Below are positions 28,261-35,855 of a stretch of DNA of 45,629 bases, piece by piece. The notes under the pieces are model-generated. The model ran no database searches, was not told the DNA's origin, and saw only the letters and a list, made by a program, of their open reading frames with translations. The number at the start of each line of letters is the position of its first letter. Position 1 is the first letter of the stretch. A program made the position numbers and the translations under genes. Where the stretch lies: positions 1 to 45,629 of the IMG/VR virus record IMGVR_UViG_3300017716_002065; one strand, 5' to 3'. The stretch is from a virus. Its lineage: Duplodnaviria > Caudoviricetes.

Positions 28261-28418
28261 TCATCCTCTGGCGTGCTCGCGGCATCAGATTCAACAACCA
28301 TATGGATGCCTGCCACACGAGTCTTGACGATCTTTATAGTATTGGCGTCTGGCATGATTGCAGCGGCTATGGTCGCGGCAAAATAATCGGAATGCATTGG
28401 GAAAAGGGTAGACTATGA
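28257..28418 (+). CDS. 53-aa Trp/His/Cys-rich microprotein (MIILWRARGIRFNNHMDACH...MHWEKGRL)
   Basis: ATGA overlaps with both neighbours. Confidence 0.55.
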   Translation: MIILWRARGIRFNNHMDACHTSLDDLYSIGVWHDCSGYGRGKIIGMHWEKGRL

Positions 28419-29845
28419 CTAACTTCAACGAAATGTGCGAAGCGTGGCGCGGTCGCCTGATCTACATGGCCAAGAGCCGCCGTTTCATCGACATGCAGAC
28501 GAAAATGCACCGTCACGGCGTTGGTGCTGCGGTGCCTATCCTGGTCGGCATGTTCCCGGATGCAGATAACGTTGAGCGTCTGGCTCGTGGCTTCCTGGCT
28601 GACAGGCTTTTCCACAGCGTTGAGACTGAGGACTATTTTCCCGGCGAAGGCCAGATCGTGGAACGTGACGGCGCGCTGTTTGCGAACACATGGGCTGGCT
28701 GGCACGCAGAGGATGGCGACGTTGAACCCTTCACAGATTTCCTTAATGCACTCTTTCGCCGCTCCAAAGTGGACGGAGAGCGGCTACTCTCGATGGTGGC
28801 GTTTCGGGCTAGAAACCCTACTACTCATGTGCCTTTTGCAGCCGTACTCAGTGGGCCTGAGGGTGACAACACACTGGCTCTCAACGCGCTAGAATCTGCC
28901 TTCTCCCCTTACGCAGCGTATGTCAGCCCCAACCACGTCAGGAACGCCTATCGCTCCTGGATTCGGGACGCAAGCCTAGTTGTGGTCCAGACTGGCGACG
29001 AAATGTTCCAGAACTGGGCGGCGCGCGATGCGTTTACCCAGATCGTAACGTCGCCTACGGACGTAAAGTCTTCCAATTTTGCCGCGACAAGCCAGCGTCA
29101 CGACCGCAACCAGTTTTTTGCGATCATGAACACGTCCCCCGGCGCTGACGCCCAGGTTCCCAGCCGCTCGTGCTATTATCTCGTGTCAACCGAGGCTGTG
29201 CCGGAAGCTGTAGCCGATAAGCTACGAAAATTCATTTCTGAGGGCGGTGGCCGTAAAATCATGGCGTGGCTTCTCAAGCGCGACCTAACCGGCTTCAAGA
29301 TGCCCAACGAGGCACCTGAAACCGGCGCGTCGTCCATTATCAGGCAGGAGCAGTTGCTTCCGTTTGAGCGCCTTGCGGAAGACATGCTGGAGTCGCCGGT
29401 CAACCGGGTCGCCGTATGGGTCAGTGAGTCCCTGGCCTGGGCCAACGCAATGCTGGAGAAGCAGGAGCGCGGCCAGATCGTCGGAAAGCAGGACGTGTGG
29501 CGCGCTGAACAGGTAATTGCTACGCTGCCCGAGATCACAATCCGCCCGTGGTATACGGCTGAAGAAATCTCGCTGATGTTCCCGCACGTACAGACCGCTC
29601 GTGTCGAAAAGCACCTGCGGCCAGCCTGTGTGAGCAAGGAACTGCGCTCAGGAGGGCTCCCCTATCTGTCACCCACAGATAGTCCAAAAGGCTTTGTGCG
29701 AAACGGCGTCCACAAGCACTATTTTATCGTCTCTGAACACGAACGCTGGCTTGACCCGCTCACGCAAGAGCAGTTTGATGCCGAGTGGGCAAAATTCCCG
29801 AATTACCGCGAATATGCCGAACAAATCAATTCCAGAGGCACCTAA
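28415..29845 (+). CDS. SF3/DUF5906-type helicase-like protein with degenerate Walker motifs
   Basis: Y.PG..., NTWAGW...GDVEPFxDFL..LF, RARNP, AAVLSGPEG, LLKRDLTGF...AP.T layout of phage primase-helicase C-terminal domains. Confidence 0.6.
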   Translation: MTNFNEMCEAWRGRLIYMAKSRRFIDMQTKMHRHGVGAAVPILVGMFPDADNVERLARGFLADRLFHSVETEDYFPGEGQIVERDGALFANTWAGWHAEDGDVEPFTDFLNALFRRSKVDGERLLSMVAFRARNPTTHVPFAAVLSGPEGDNTLALNALESAFSPYAAYVSPNHVRNAYRSWIRDASLVVVQTGDEMFQNWAARDAFTQIVTSPTDVKSSNFAATSQRHDRNQFFAIMNTSPGADAQVPSRSCYYLVSTEAVPEAVADKLRKFISEGGGRKIMAWLLKRDLTGFKMPNEAPETGASSIIRQEQLLPFERLAEDMLESPVNRVAVWVSESLAWANAMLEKQERGQIVGKQDVWRAEQVIATLPEITIRPWYTAEEISLMFPHVQTARVEKHLRPACVSKELRSGGLPYLSPTDSPKGFVRNGVHKHYFIVSEHERWLDPLTQEQFDAEWAKFPNYREYAEQINSRGT

Positions 29846-30317
29846 GCGTGTCGCGTGGCCCGCTGCGGTAAAGCGAGCAGTCCAGGAGCGTTCCGGTGGC
29901 AAATGTGAGTATCCTGACTGCGCTAAACCGGGTGCGGAAATGGACCACACCGTACCCGTGGCCATTGGAGGGCAATCTACACTGTCGAACTGCGTATTAC
30001 TCTGCCGGGACCATCATGTTCAGAAAACACGACTGGACATCAAGCTCATCGCGAAGGGCAGACGCATACGAGCCAAGCACTTTCAGTCAGATGACAACCG
30101 CGATGCTAAGCAGAAGAGCCGTATAAAATCACGCGGTTTCGATAAGAATTTTCGGAAAAAAATGAATGGCAAAGTCGTCAGAGTCGAAAAAAGCAATCTG
30201 GATGAAGCGGGAGGGGAACTCACTCGTTCCAGCAGATCGCGAGTCCATGAACCGGATGGACGAAATAAAGCGCGACCACCTTGTGATGGTGACCCTACGC
30301 CAGCCGAGAAATCCTAG
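29814..30317 (+). CDS. HNH endonuclease
   Basis: RSGGKCEYPDC, EMDHTVPVAIGGQSTLSNCVLLCRDHHVQKT..DI..IAK..R. Confidence 0.85.
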   Translation: MPNKSIPEAPKRVAWPAAVKRAVQERSGGKCEYPDCAKPGAEMDHTVPVAIGGQSTLSNCVLLCRDHHVQKTRLDIKLIAKGRRIRAKHFQSDDNRDAKQKSRIKSRGFDKNFRKKMNGKVVRVEKSNLDEAGGELTRSSRSRVHEPDGRNKARPPCDGDPTPAEKS

Positions 30318-30609
30318 ACAGCACAGGATGGCTTGGGGCCTTGTTCGCGTTGCTCACGACAACCTGGCCAATTTCGACAGCGTGGAACACCTGATGGATA
30401 CCATCAAGGTCAACATAGGTTACTGCGACCGTGTCATATACCGCATGAAAGACATTGGAGACGTGGAACAGCTCATGCCCAGGTCGATGGCATATGAATC
30501 CATGGACCAGCTAGAATTTGAGGAATTCTTTGAGCGTATGCTGGATTACATCTGCGTGGTGCTGATGCCGGGGGTGGACCCTATGGAGCTTCGCTCTCGG
30601 ATCGGATAA
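30166..30609 (+). CDS. DUF1367/NinB-like recombination-associated protein
   Basis: SLVPAD, QPRNPRQHRMAW, PRSMAYESMDQLEFEEFF. Confidence 0.75.
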   Translation: MAKSSESKKAIWMKREGNSLVPADRESMNRMDEIKRDHLVMVTLRQPRNPRQHRMAWGLVRVAHDNLANFDSVEHLMDTIKVNIGYCDRVIYRMKDIGDVEQLMPRSMAYESMDQLEFEEFFERMLDYICVVLMPGVDPMELRSRIG

Positions 30610-30895
30610 TCAGCGGCCCGCACAGTTCGTGCCATTGCTTGAAGCGACCGAATATCCACGCCTTGGCCCAGGCTGGCGAGAAATTGTACTGGCCCGGAGA
30701 AACACCCGTGTAGGTGTCAACCGAGTCGCTCCACATGAAGCTCCCGAGCGCCGGTGGCTCAAGACCCTCGCAGTAAATCCTAGCTATTGCTATGAGGTCT
30801 TTTGTATCCGAAGACGAACTCGAATTCGGCGTCTGACATGCCGCCAGAATCGACAACGTCACCGACAGCGCCGTTAGCTTTAGCAACTTTAGCAC
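30581..30895 (-). CDS. o-spanin (Rz1-like lipoprotein)
   Basis: Signal peptide with lipobox LAAC; overlaps the 3' end of the i-spanin in another frame; GTG start. Confidence 0.7.
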   Translation of the reverse strand: MLKLLKLTALSVTLSILAACQTPNSSSSSDTKDLIAIARIYCEGLEPPALGSFMWSDSVDTYTGVSPGQYNFSPAWAKAWIFGRFKQWHELCGPLIIRSESEAP

Positions 30896-31064
30896 GCTCT
30901 GCTTCCTTTTCGATGTGGGCGCGGCGCAACTCTGCCTGTGCAGCATCCTTGCGTTCCTGCTTGAGCGCAACCTGGGTTTCAGCGGTCTTCTTACCGTGCA
31001 GGAAGATACCAGCCAGTACGCCAATGACGGCGACGATACCCGCGATGATGGATTCGATGCTCAT
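30780..31064 (-). CDS. i-spanin (Rz-like)
   Basis: N-terminal TM (IIAGIVAVIGVLAGIFL), then HGKK and a coiled coil. Confidence 0.75.
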   Translation of the reverse strand: MSIESIIAGIVAVIGVLAGIFLHGKKTAETQVALKQERKDAAQAELRRAHIEKEAERAKVAKANGAVGDVVDSGGMSDAEFEFVFGYKRPHSNS

Positions 31065-31148
31065 ATGGTTATTCTCGCCTTTTTGAAAAAGATTGCAAGT
31101 TTGCTCTTGCAGAAAAGTTCTAGCGGTGCCATATAACTCTTATCAGCA

Positions 31149-31550
31149 ATGGAGGAACTTTTGCTCAATCAAGTGAATGTCAGCGGTCGTCTTGCCCGTG
31201 ATCCGGAAACCCGCCAAGTGGGTGACACCAGCGTCACGAACTTTACTCTCGGCGTGTCCGAGAAGTTCAAGGACAAGAAGTCCGGTGAAATGAAAGAAAA
31301 GACTGCGTGGGTTCGCTGCCAAGCCTGGGGCAAGATCGGTGAGATCGCCGCAGAAGGCCGCAAGGGCGATGAGGTTGTCATTTCCGGCAAGCTCGAAACC
31401 CGCACATGGGAAGACAAGGACGGCGGTAAGCGCGAGTCCATGGAAGTCAACGCCTGGGGCGTGTTCGTGGTCGGCAAGCGCGCAGACAAAGCGGCTGGCA
31501 AGTCCACCGGCAAGGCCGAACGTCCCTTTGACGACGAAATCCCGTTCTAA
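31149..31550 (+). CDS. ssb: Single-stranded DNA-binding protein
   Basis: LNQVNVSGRLARDPETR, GKLETRTWEDKDG, C-terminal FDDEIPF. Confidence 0.95.
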   Translation: MEELLLNQVNVSGRLARDPETRQVGDTSVTNFTLGVSEKFKDKKSGEMKEKTAWVRCQAWGKIGEIAAEGRKGDEVVISGKLETRTWEDKDGGKRESMEVNAWGVFVVGKRADKAAGKSTGKAERPFDDEIPF

Positions 31551-31700
31551 AGATAGGGGCGCGGCTCCTTTCAACGCAAGCGTGCCGGTCAGCGCGCGTA
31601 TCAGGTATGGCTGAGATATTACGATCTGTAGTCCGTTTCGCGTTCCCTTCATGGTAGTGCGGACAAGCCATACAAGACCGGACATTATTCAAGGGGCCAC

Positions 31701-31982
31701 ATGGAAATAAAGAAGCGCACGGCTGGGGGTAAAACCACAGTCAGCAGCATGAAGGGCCTGAAATTCCACGGCAAGCACAGGCTGGAGCCCCTAGAGCCCG
31801 AGGCTGGAACACCCCTGGAGCTTCTAAGCCCGGATCAATGCAGATACCCGGTTACCACTGATCGTCCCCATGGATTTTGCGGGGAGACAAAAAAACAAGG
31901 AAGCCCATATTGTGACAAGCACCATAGTATTGCCCGAGAACCTGCCACCGGATTTAAGATCAGCCATTTCCCTCGTAGCTGA
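31701..31982 (+). CDS. gcrA: GcrA-like protein, C-terminal domain only
   Basis: LELLSPDQCRYPV...GFCG.....GSPYCDKHHSIA; no N-terminal HTH. Confidence 0.8.
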   Translation: MEIKKRTAGGKTTVSSMKGLKFHGKHRLEPLEPEAGTPLELLSPDQCRYPVTTDRPHGFCGETKKQGSPYCDKHHSIAREPATGFKISHFPRS

Positions 31983-32490
31983 AGACGGCCTGAGCCGCAA
32001 AGCCGCGTCAAACATCACCGGCGTGCGCGTTGAGCGTATCGGTCGCGCCATGACCAAGCTGGGCCTCGGCAGGTCGCCCACCAAGGCTGTTCAACTCGCC
32101 ATGGAAATGATCGCTGGCAAGGGCATCCCCCCGACCCAGGCTCGCCTTGCTACCGGCTGCGATGACGAGCAACTGAAATACTGGCTGGCTCGCCGCAAGA
32201 TGACGCCCCGGCAGATTTCCAGGAAGGAGATCGTTCAGGCGGCGGCACTGGAAAACAAGACGGCCCGTGAGATCGCAACAGAGAACGGCTGGTCATACGA
32301 AGGGGTGCTTAACCTCGCTCGCATGATGGGAATCAAGCTTCCGAAGCGCAGCCGCGTTAACTCTGAACGGGAAGCGACAATCATGCAACGCTACGTGGAA
32401 CTCGGCTGCATGGTCAAGACGGGCAGAGAGTTTGGCTTGACGAGATCAAGAATTCATCAGATCGTAAAACGCAACAGGGATGGAAAATAA
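31870..32490 (+). CDS. Multi-HTH DNA-binding protein with a C-terminal sigma70-r4-like HTH (start uncertain)
   Basis: GLSRKAASNITGV, TAREIATENGWS, TGREFGLTRSRIHQIV. Confidence 0.65.
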   Translation: MDFAGRQKNKEAHIVTSTIVLPENLPPDLRSAISLVAEDGLSRKAASNITGVRVERIGRAMTKLGLGRSPTKAVQLAMEMIAGKGIPPTQARLATGCDDEQLKYWLARRKMTPRQISRKEIVQAAALENKTAREIATENGWSYEGVLNLARMMGIKLPKRSRVNSEREATIMQRYVELGCMVKTGREFGLTRSRIHQIVKRNRDGK

Positions 32491-32771
32491 TGTCAAACGT
32501 AAAGAAGTTTCCAGGCAAGCCGCTGCTTACCAAGTGGCAGCAGGTCATGAACGAGAACATGCCTCAGGACGGCGCGCCCATGGACCCCGTGATGATGGCG
32601 GCGCTGCACTCCGTCTTCATGTTCGGCGCTCTCGCTGTGGCAACCGAATTCTCGAATATGGAAGAGGGCAACGTTGAGCAGGGCGTCAAGGAATTGACGG
32701 AAGAACTCAATACCTGGGCCGACACGATGCGCCTCGCCCAGATGCCCCTGGCTACGGCGGCGAAAAACTAA
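32490..32771 (+). CDS. Hypothetical protein (93 aa)
   Basis: TAATG coupling. Confidence 0.6.
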   Translation: MSNVKKFPGKPLLTKWQQVMNENMPQDGAPMDPVMMAALHSVFMFGALAVATEFSNMEEGNVEQGVKELTEELNTWADTMRLAQMPLATAAKN

Positions 32772-33025
32772 TGCACTACGCAGTCGCCTTTGCATGCGCC
32801 TTTGCCGCTATTTTGCTGAAAGTATTCCAGCAGAAGAACGTCATTGGAAATCACTACAAAGCGGCTTTTGCTACCAGCCTTCTGCTTACTTCCTGTGAGG
32901 CGGCTATTGTCCTCGTGGTCGTGAGCGGAGGCTGGGATGTAATTATTTCCACGGCTTTTGGTGCTGCATTTGGCGGCACTACGGGAATGTGGCTGCACAA
33001 TAAATGGAGATCACGAGTTGACTAA
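32771..33025 (+). CDS. Small three-TM membrane protein
   Basis: LKVFQQKNV...Y..A..TS; GAAFGGTTGMWLH. Confidence 0.65.
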   Translation: MHYAVAFACAFAAILLKVFQQKNVIGNHYKAAFATSLLLTSCEAAIVLVVVSGGWDVIISTAFGAAFGGTTGMWLHNKWRSRVD

Positions 33026-33434
33026 TGATTATATCCCTCAGGACAGCAAGCGCCGCAAGATGGCCCCAATGGCTACGGGGCTACTCGACTATTTCCCCGC
33101 CGCGCTCTTTGCAGTCGCAGAGCACAGCCACTCGTCCAACGACAAGCACAATCCGGGGAAACCTGTTCACTGGGCGCGCGACAAGAGTAGCGACCATGCG
33201 GATTGCATCGCACGGCACTTGGTAGAACGTGGAGGGTTTGATGCTGAGGGTCGCCGTCATTCCGCCGCGCTGGCTTGGAGGGCGTTGGCGCTGCTCCAGG
33301 ACGAGTTGGAGCGTGAGGGAGCAATGCCTGGGCGGGCCTCTGTATTTGGAAATGCAGAAGGACCACATAATACGCCCGAAAGTGTGCTGGACCTGGAAGG
33401 CGGATACATAGGAATAATGAGGGACGCGCTGTGA
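33018..33434 (+). CDS. dATP/dGTP diphosphohydrolase-domain protein (DUF5664-like)
   Basis: RK.APMATGLLDYFPAAL.AVA, NDKHNPG..VHWAR.KS.DHADCIARHL, HSAALAWRALALLQ; TTG start with GGAG. Confidence 0.75.
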   Translation: MTNDYIPQDSKRRKMAPMATGLLDYFPAALFAVAEHSHSSNDKHNPGKPVHWARDKSSDHADCIARHLVERGGFDAEGRRHSAALAWRALALLQDELEREGAMPGRASVFGNAEGPHNTPESVLDLEGGYIGIMRDAL

Positions 33435-33502
33435 AAAACGTCCTCAGCACTATCGTGACTATAGCCCTGGTTTCTTTCGTTATGTGGATCGTGACAAAAT
33501 GA
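33431..33502 (+). CDS. 23-aa single-TM peptide (MKNVLSTIVTIALVSFVMWIVTK)
   Basis: GTGA/ATGA coupled on both sides; hydrophobic. Confidence 0.45.
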   Translation: MKNVLSTIVTIALVSFVMWIVTK

Positions 33503-33642
33503 AAATCCTTATTTCCGCTGCCCTGCTTTTCGCAATCAGCACATGCGCGGCAGTTATTGTTGGCATGAACGCAGCCGGTAGAACGGCCGCCATCTGGGAA
33601 GACGTGGGCAAAAAGCTCATTGACGCCATGGAGAGCGTGTGA
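33499..33642 (+). CDS. 47-aa membrane peptide upstream of the endolysin
   Basis: MKILISAALLFAISTCAAVIVG...; coupled to the endolysin ATG. Confidence 0.5.
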   Translation: MKILISAALLFAISTCAAVIVGMNAAGRTAAIWEDVGKKLIDAMESV

Positions 33643-34031
33643 TGAATACCGGCGATCCAAAGAAAGACGAGCGCAGTCGCAAGCGCCTAGTCGGCGTCCA
33701 CCCCAAGCTGGTCAGGCTGATTAATGATTTTGCTGCGAGTGTATCAGCCCCCGTATTCATTGTTACCGAGGGTCTACGAACCGTGGATCGCCAAAGGGAG
33801 CTTGTTCAAGCTGGGGCCAGTCGCACCATGGCGAGCAAACACCTTGTGGGGCGGGCTGTGGATTTGGCAGTCGTGGTAGGCGGCGAGGTTCGCTGGGACT
33901 GGCCGCTCTACGCTACTCTTGGCGCTGCGCTCAAGGCCCATGCGAAAGACGTGGAAATTAGTATCATCTGGGGCGGCGACTGGAAGACTTTTCGTGACGG
34001 GCCGCACTTTGAGCTAGCATCGCATGAATAG
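33642..34031 (+). CDS. Endolysin, M15 L-alanyl-D-glutamate peptidase
   Basis: RLVGVHPKL, TEGLRTVDRQ, SKHLVGRAVD, WGGDWKTFRDGPHFEL. Confidence 0.92.
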   Translation: MNTGDPKKDERSRKRLVGVHPKLVRLINDFAASVSAPVFIVTEGLRTVDRQRELVQAGASRTMASKHLVGRAVDLAVVVGGEVRWDWPLYATLGAALKAHAKDVEISIIWGGDWKTFRDGPHFELASHE

Positions 34032-34257
34032 GTGCGTTGACTGCAAGTGCATGAAGCCGGTCAGCGAATTCCCCTGGGATAAAGGCGCATTAAATCCCAG
34101 GAAATCGTGCAAGGCTTGCCGGTATGCCTTCCGGAATAAGGAAAAAGAGGCTATACGCCGTAGAGAATACAAGAGGGAACAGCGTGCGATACTTCAGCGA
34201 GCGAGAGAGGCGGATAAAAATCTGCCGGAAAATAGCCCACCAGGGCGGGTCTGTTGA
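34024..34257 (+). CDS. Small Zn-finger protein
   Basis: CVDC..MKPVSEF...SCKAC. Confidence 0.6.
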   Translation: MNRCVDCKCMKPVSEFPWDKGALNPRKSCKACRYAFRNKEKEAIRRREYKREQRAILQRAREADKNLPENSPPGRVC

Positions 34258-34756
34258 GGATTGCTTGGTGCAACTCGGCAACGTCCAGCGTGAGGCTTTA
34301 CGATCCTGGCTTGGCATTCATGATCCCATGACCCTTCAAATGCTGGGGGTGAAAAAACAGGGGGGTCCAACGATAAGCGCCGCAAGGGCAAAAGCAAGGA
34401 TAGCTGTCTGTGAACGTATCGCTTCTGAGGGTGGCACACTTAGGGATGCCGCTGGCGCTTTGGATACCATTACTCCAAATGGGCTATACTCCTGGCTACG
34501 AACCTTCGCTCCAGAAACATTCAGGCGCATCTGCGGAAGGAAGGGCGACAAAGGCAGCAATCTACAACTGCGAGGGCCACGCGCCGCCTACCGCATCAAG
34601 CTTATTCAGGAACTTGGCTACACCCTAGCCGCCCGCCGCCTGGGGATGCACCCAACGGCTGGCCGGAATGCGCTCTATCACTGGCTCCGCTACCGGAAAA
34701 AAATAGGCGTGACACCGGAGCATGTCGGGCCACCTCAGCACCTCAGGAGGAAGTAA
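34124..34756 (+). CDS. Protein with three tandem HTH-like repeats (start uncertain, possibly GTG ~34184)
   Basis: RI.IC.KIA..GG....L......L.SWL repeated three times. Confidence 0.6.
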   Translation: MPSGIRKKRLYAVENTRGNSVRYFSERERRIKICRKIAHQGGSVEDCLVQLGNVQREALRSWLGIHDPMTLQMLGVKKQGGPTISAARAKARIAVCERIASEGGTLRDAAGALDTITPNGLYSWLRTFAPETFRRICGRKGDKGSNLQLRGPRAAYRIKLIQELGYTLAARRLGMHPTAGRNALYHWLRYRKKIGVTPEHVGPPQHLRRK

Positions 34757-34893
34757 TGATCCTGCTTCTGGCAAATAAGATTTCCTGGCTCGGCTTCGCG
34801 ATAAATGGCAGGGCTGGTACTCGCCACCGCTGGATGAGCGGGACGACCACGGCGTTCTCGATATGCGCCACGCCCTGGAGGAAGCAGTGGTAA
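34756..34893 (+). CDS. 45-aa Trp-rich microprotein (MILLLANKISWLGF...PWRKQW)
   Basis: AGGAGG RBS, TAATG coupling. Confidence 0.5.
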   Translation: MILLLANKISWLGFAINGRAGTRHRWMSGTTTAFSICATPWRKQW

Positions 34894-34942
34894 TTCTCCG
34901 GTTAAAAATTCAGGCGGTGTCGAACTCCCAAGGGAGAAACAC

Positions 34943-35083
34943 ATGAAGGTACTAACACCCTACAAGTATCCCGTAGCGACCCTGTATGGGGGTGACGGCA
35001 CATGGACTTGCATAGACATATGGTGGTCTGGAACGCACTCCGCTACTGGCAGGTCTGCGACGGCTAGTGCCAGATTTCACTAG
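34943..35083 (+). CDS. 46-aa Trp-rich microprotein (MKVLTPYKYPV...WTCIDIWWSG...)
   Basis: GGGAG RBS. Confidence 0.45.
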   Translation: MKVLTPYKYPVATLYGGDGTWTCIDIWWSGTHSATGRSATASARFH

Positions 35084-35162
35084 ACGAGTTTTTGAAATTT
35101 GGGGTATCTGGTCACAGTCGTTACACGCCCAGCCCGCCCCAAGAAATTTCCCTCCCCCCCGT

Positions 35163-35357
35163 ATGGTTACCAAACCCCTAATGCCACCGGAACGAACCGT
35201 GAACAGGCGCAGCGTGGTTAACGTGCTAACCATGCCCAACCACGTGCGATGTATGGTTTATGATCAATTAATATGATGCATTAAATTCCACGCAAATTAA
35301 TGAGGGCCAGTAACCATGCTCTGGGTGGGGGCATGGCGTGGTTACTGAGTCATTAAT
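35163..35357. promoter_or_regulatory. Cluster of CtrA-like sites (TTAA-N7-TTAAC-like and TAACCA(T/C) half sites)
   Basis: TTTA-N7-TTAA 35257-71 and TTAC-N7-TTAA 35342-56; RTGGTTA / TAACCAY at 35163, 35214, 35226, 35310, 35338. Confidence 0.5.
35190..35204 (+). promoter_or_regulatory. Alphaproteobacterial LexA box GAAC-N7-GAAC
   Basis: GAAC GAACCGT GAAC. Confidence 0.5.
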
Positions 35358-35493
35358 CCGATCCATTTAATTCGCAGGAAATACGCTGAACATTTCATTT
35401 AATATTCAGTGAAATAATGCCCTTGCTCTGGGCAGGGGGATATGACCATGCGCCGTGCATGGGTTACGTGCGCGTCATACTGTGCGCCACCCA

Positions 35494-35536
35494 GTGTGTA
35501 AGATGTGGGGTGTGTACTGTGTGTAAGGTGTGTAAG
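35494..35536 (+). repeat. GTGTGTAAG iteron-like repeats
   Basis: GTGTGTAAG at 35494, 35519 and 35528; GTGTGTACT at 35510. Confidence 0.7.
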
Positions 35537-35625
35537 TTTCGCGCGTTAGGCGAGCAATGGAGGGGCTAGGCGAGACGCAGCGTACCTGTTCCAAAAGTGT
35601 GCCAATTACATACGCAACGAAACGG

Positions 35626-35684
35626 GAACATGGCGGGAACAAAAGGGGAACAAAAGCGGGTGAAAACAGGAACATAACGTGAAC
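35626..35684 (+). promoter_or_regulatory. 11-bp phased array of alphaproteobacterial LexA boxes
   Basis: GAAC at 35626, 35637, 35648, 35670, 35681: three perfect GAAC-N7-GAAC pairs. Confidence 0.65.
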
Positions 35685-35826
35685 TCTCACCCATGCGATT
35701 ACACATCCCAGTCCATAGCTCTGTGGCCCAGACTTTTGGCACAACGCAGCGGGCTCCTAATGGCCATTTAGGGCTATCCCAGAAAAGCCCCGGAATTTCA
35801 CGCAATATTGCTGCGAATAAATCTTA

Positions 35827-35855
35827 TTGCTTTGTTAAGGTGTTTCTGGCACCTT
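35827..35855 (+). promoter_or_regulatory. Putative early promoter
   Basis: TTGCTT-N17-CACCTT after an AT-rich stretch, ~50 nt before the first early gene. Confidence 0.3.

Noticed and set aside
31551-31700. Missing GcrA N-terminal domain or a seventh micro-ORF between ssb and gcrA
   Set aside because: The in-frame sequence has a TAG at 31629 and no HTH similarity; other frames are short or interrupted
34780-34946. Alternative frame DFLARLRDKWQGWYSPPLDERDD...LRLKIQAV that looks protein-like
   Set aside because: It begins right after a TAA with no start or RBS for its first half; it would need an unsupported frameshift from 34756
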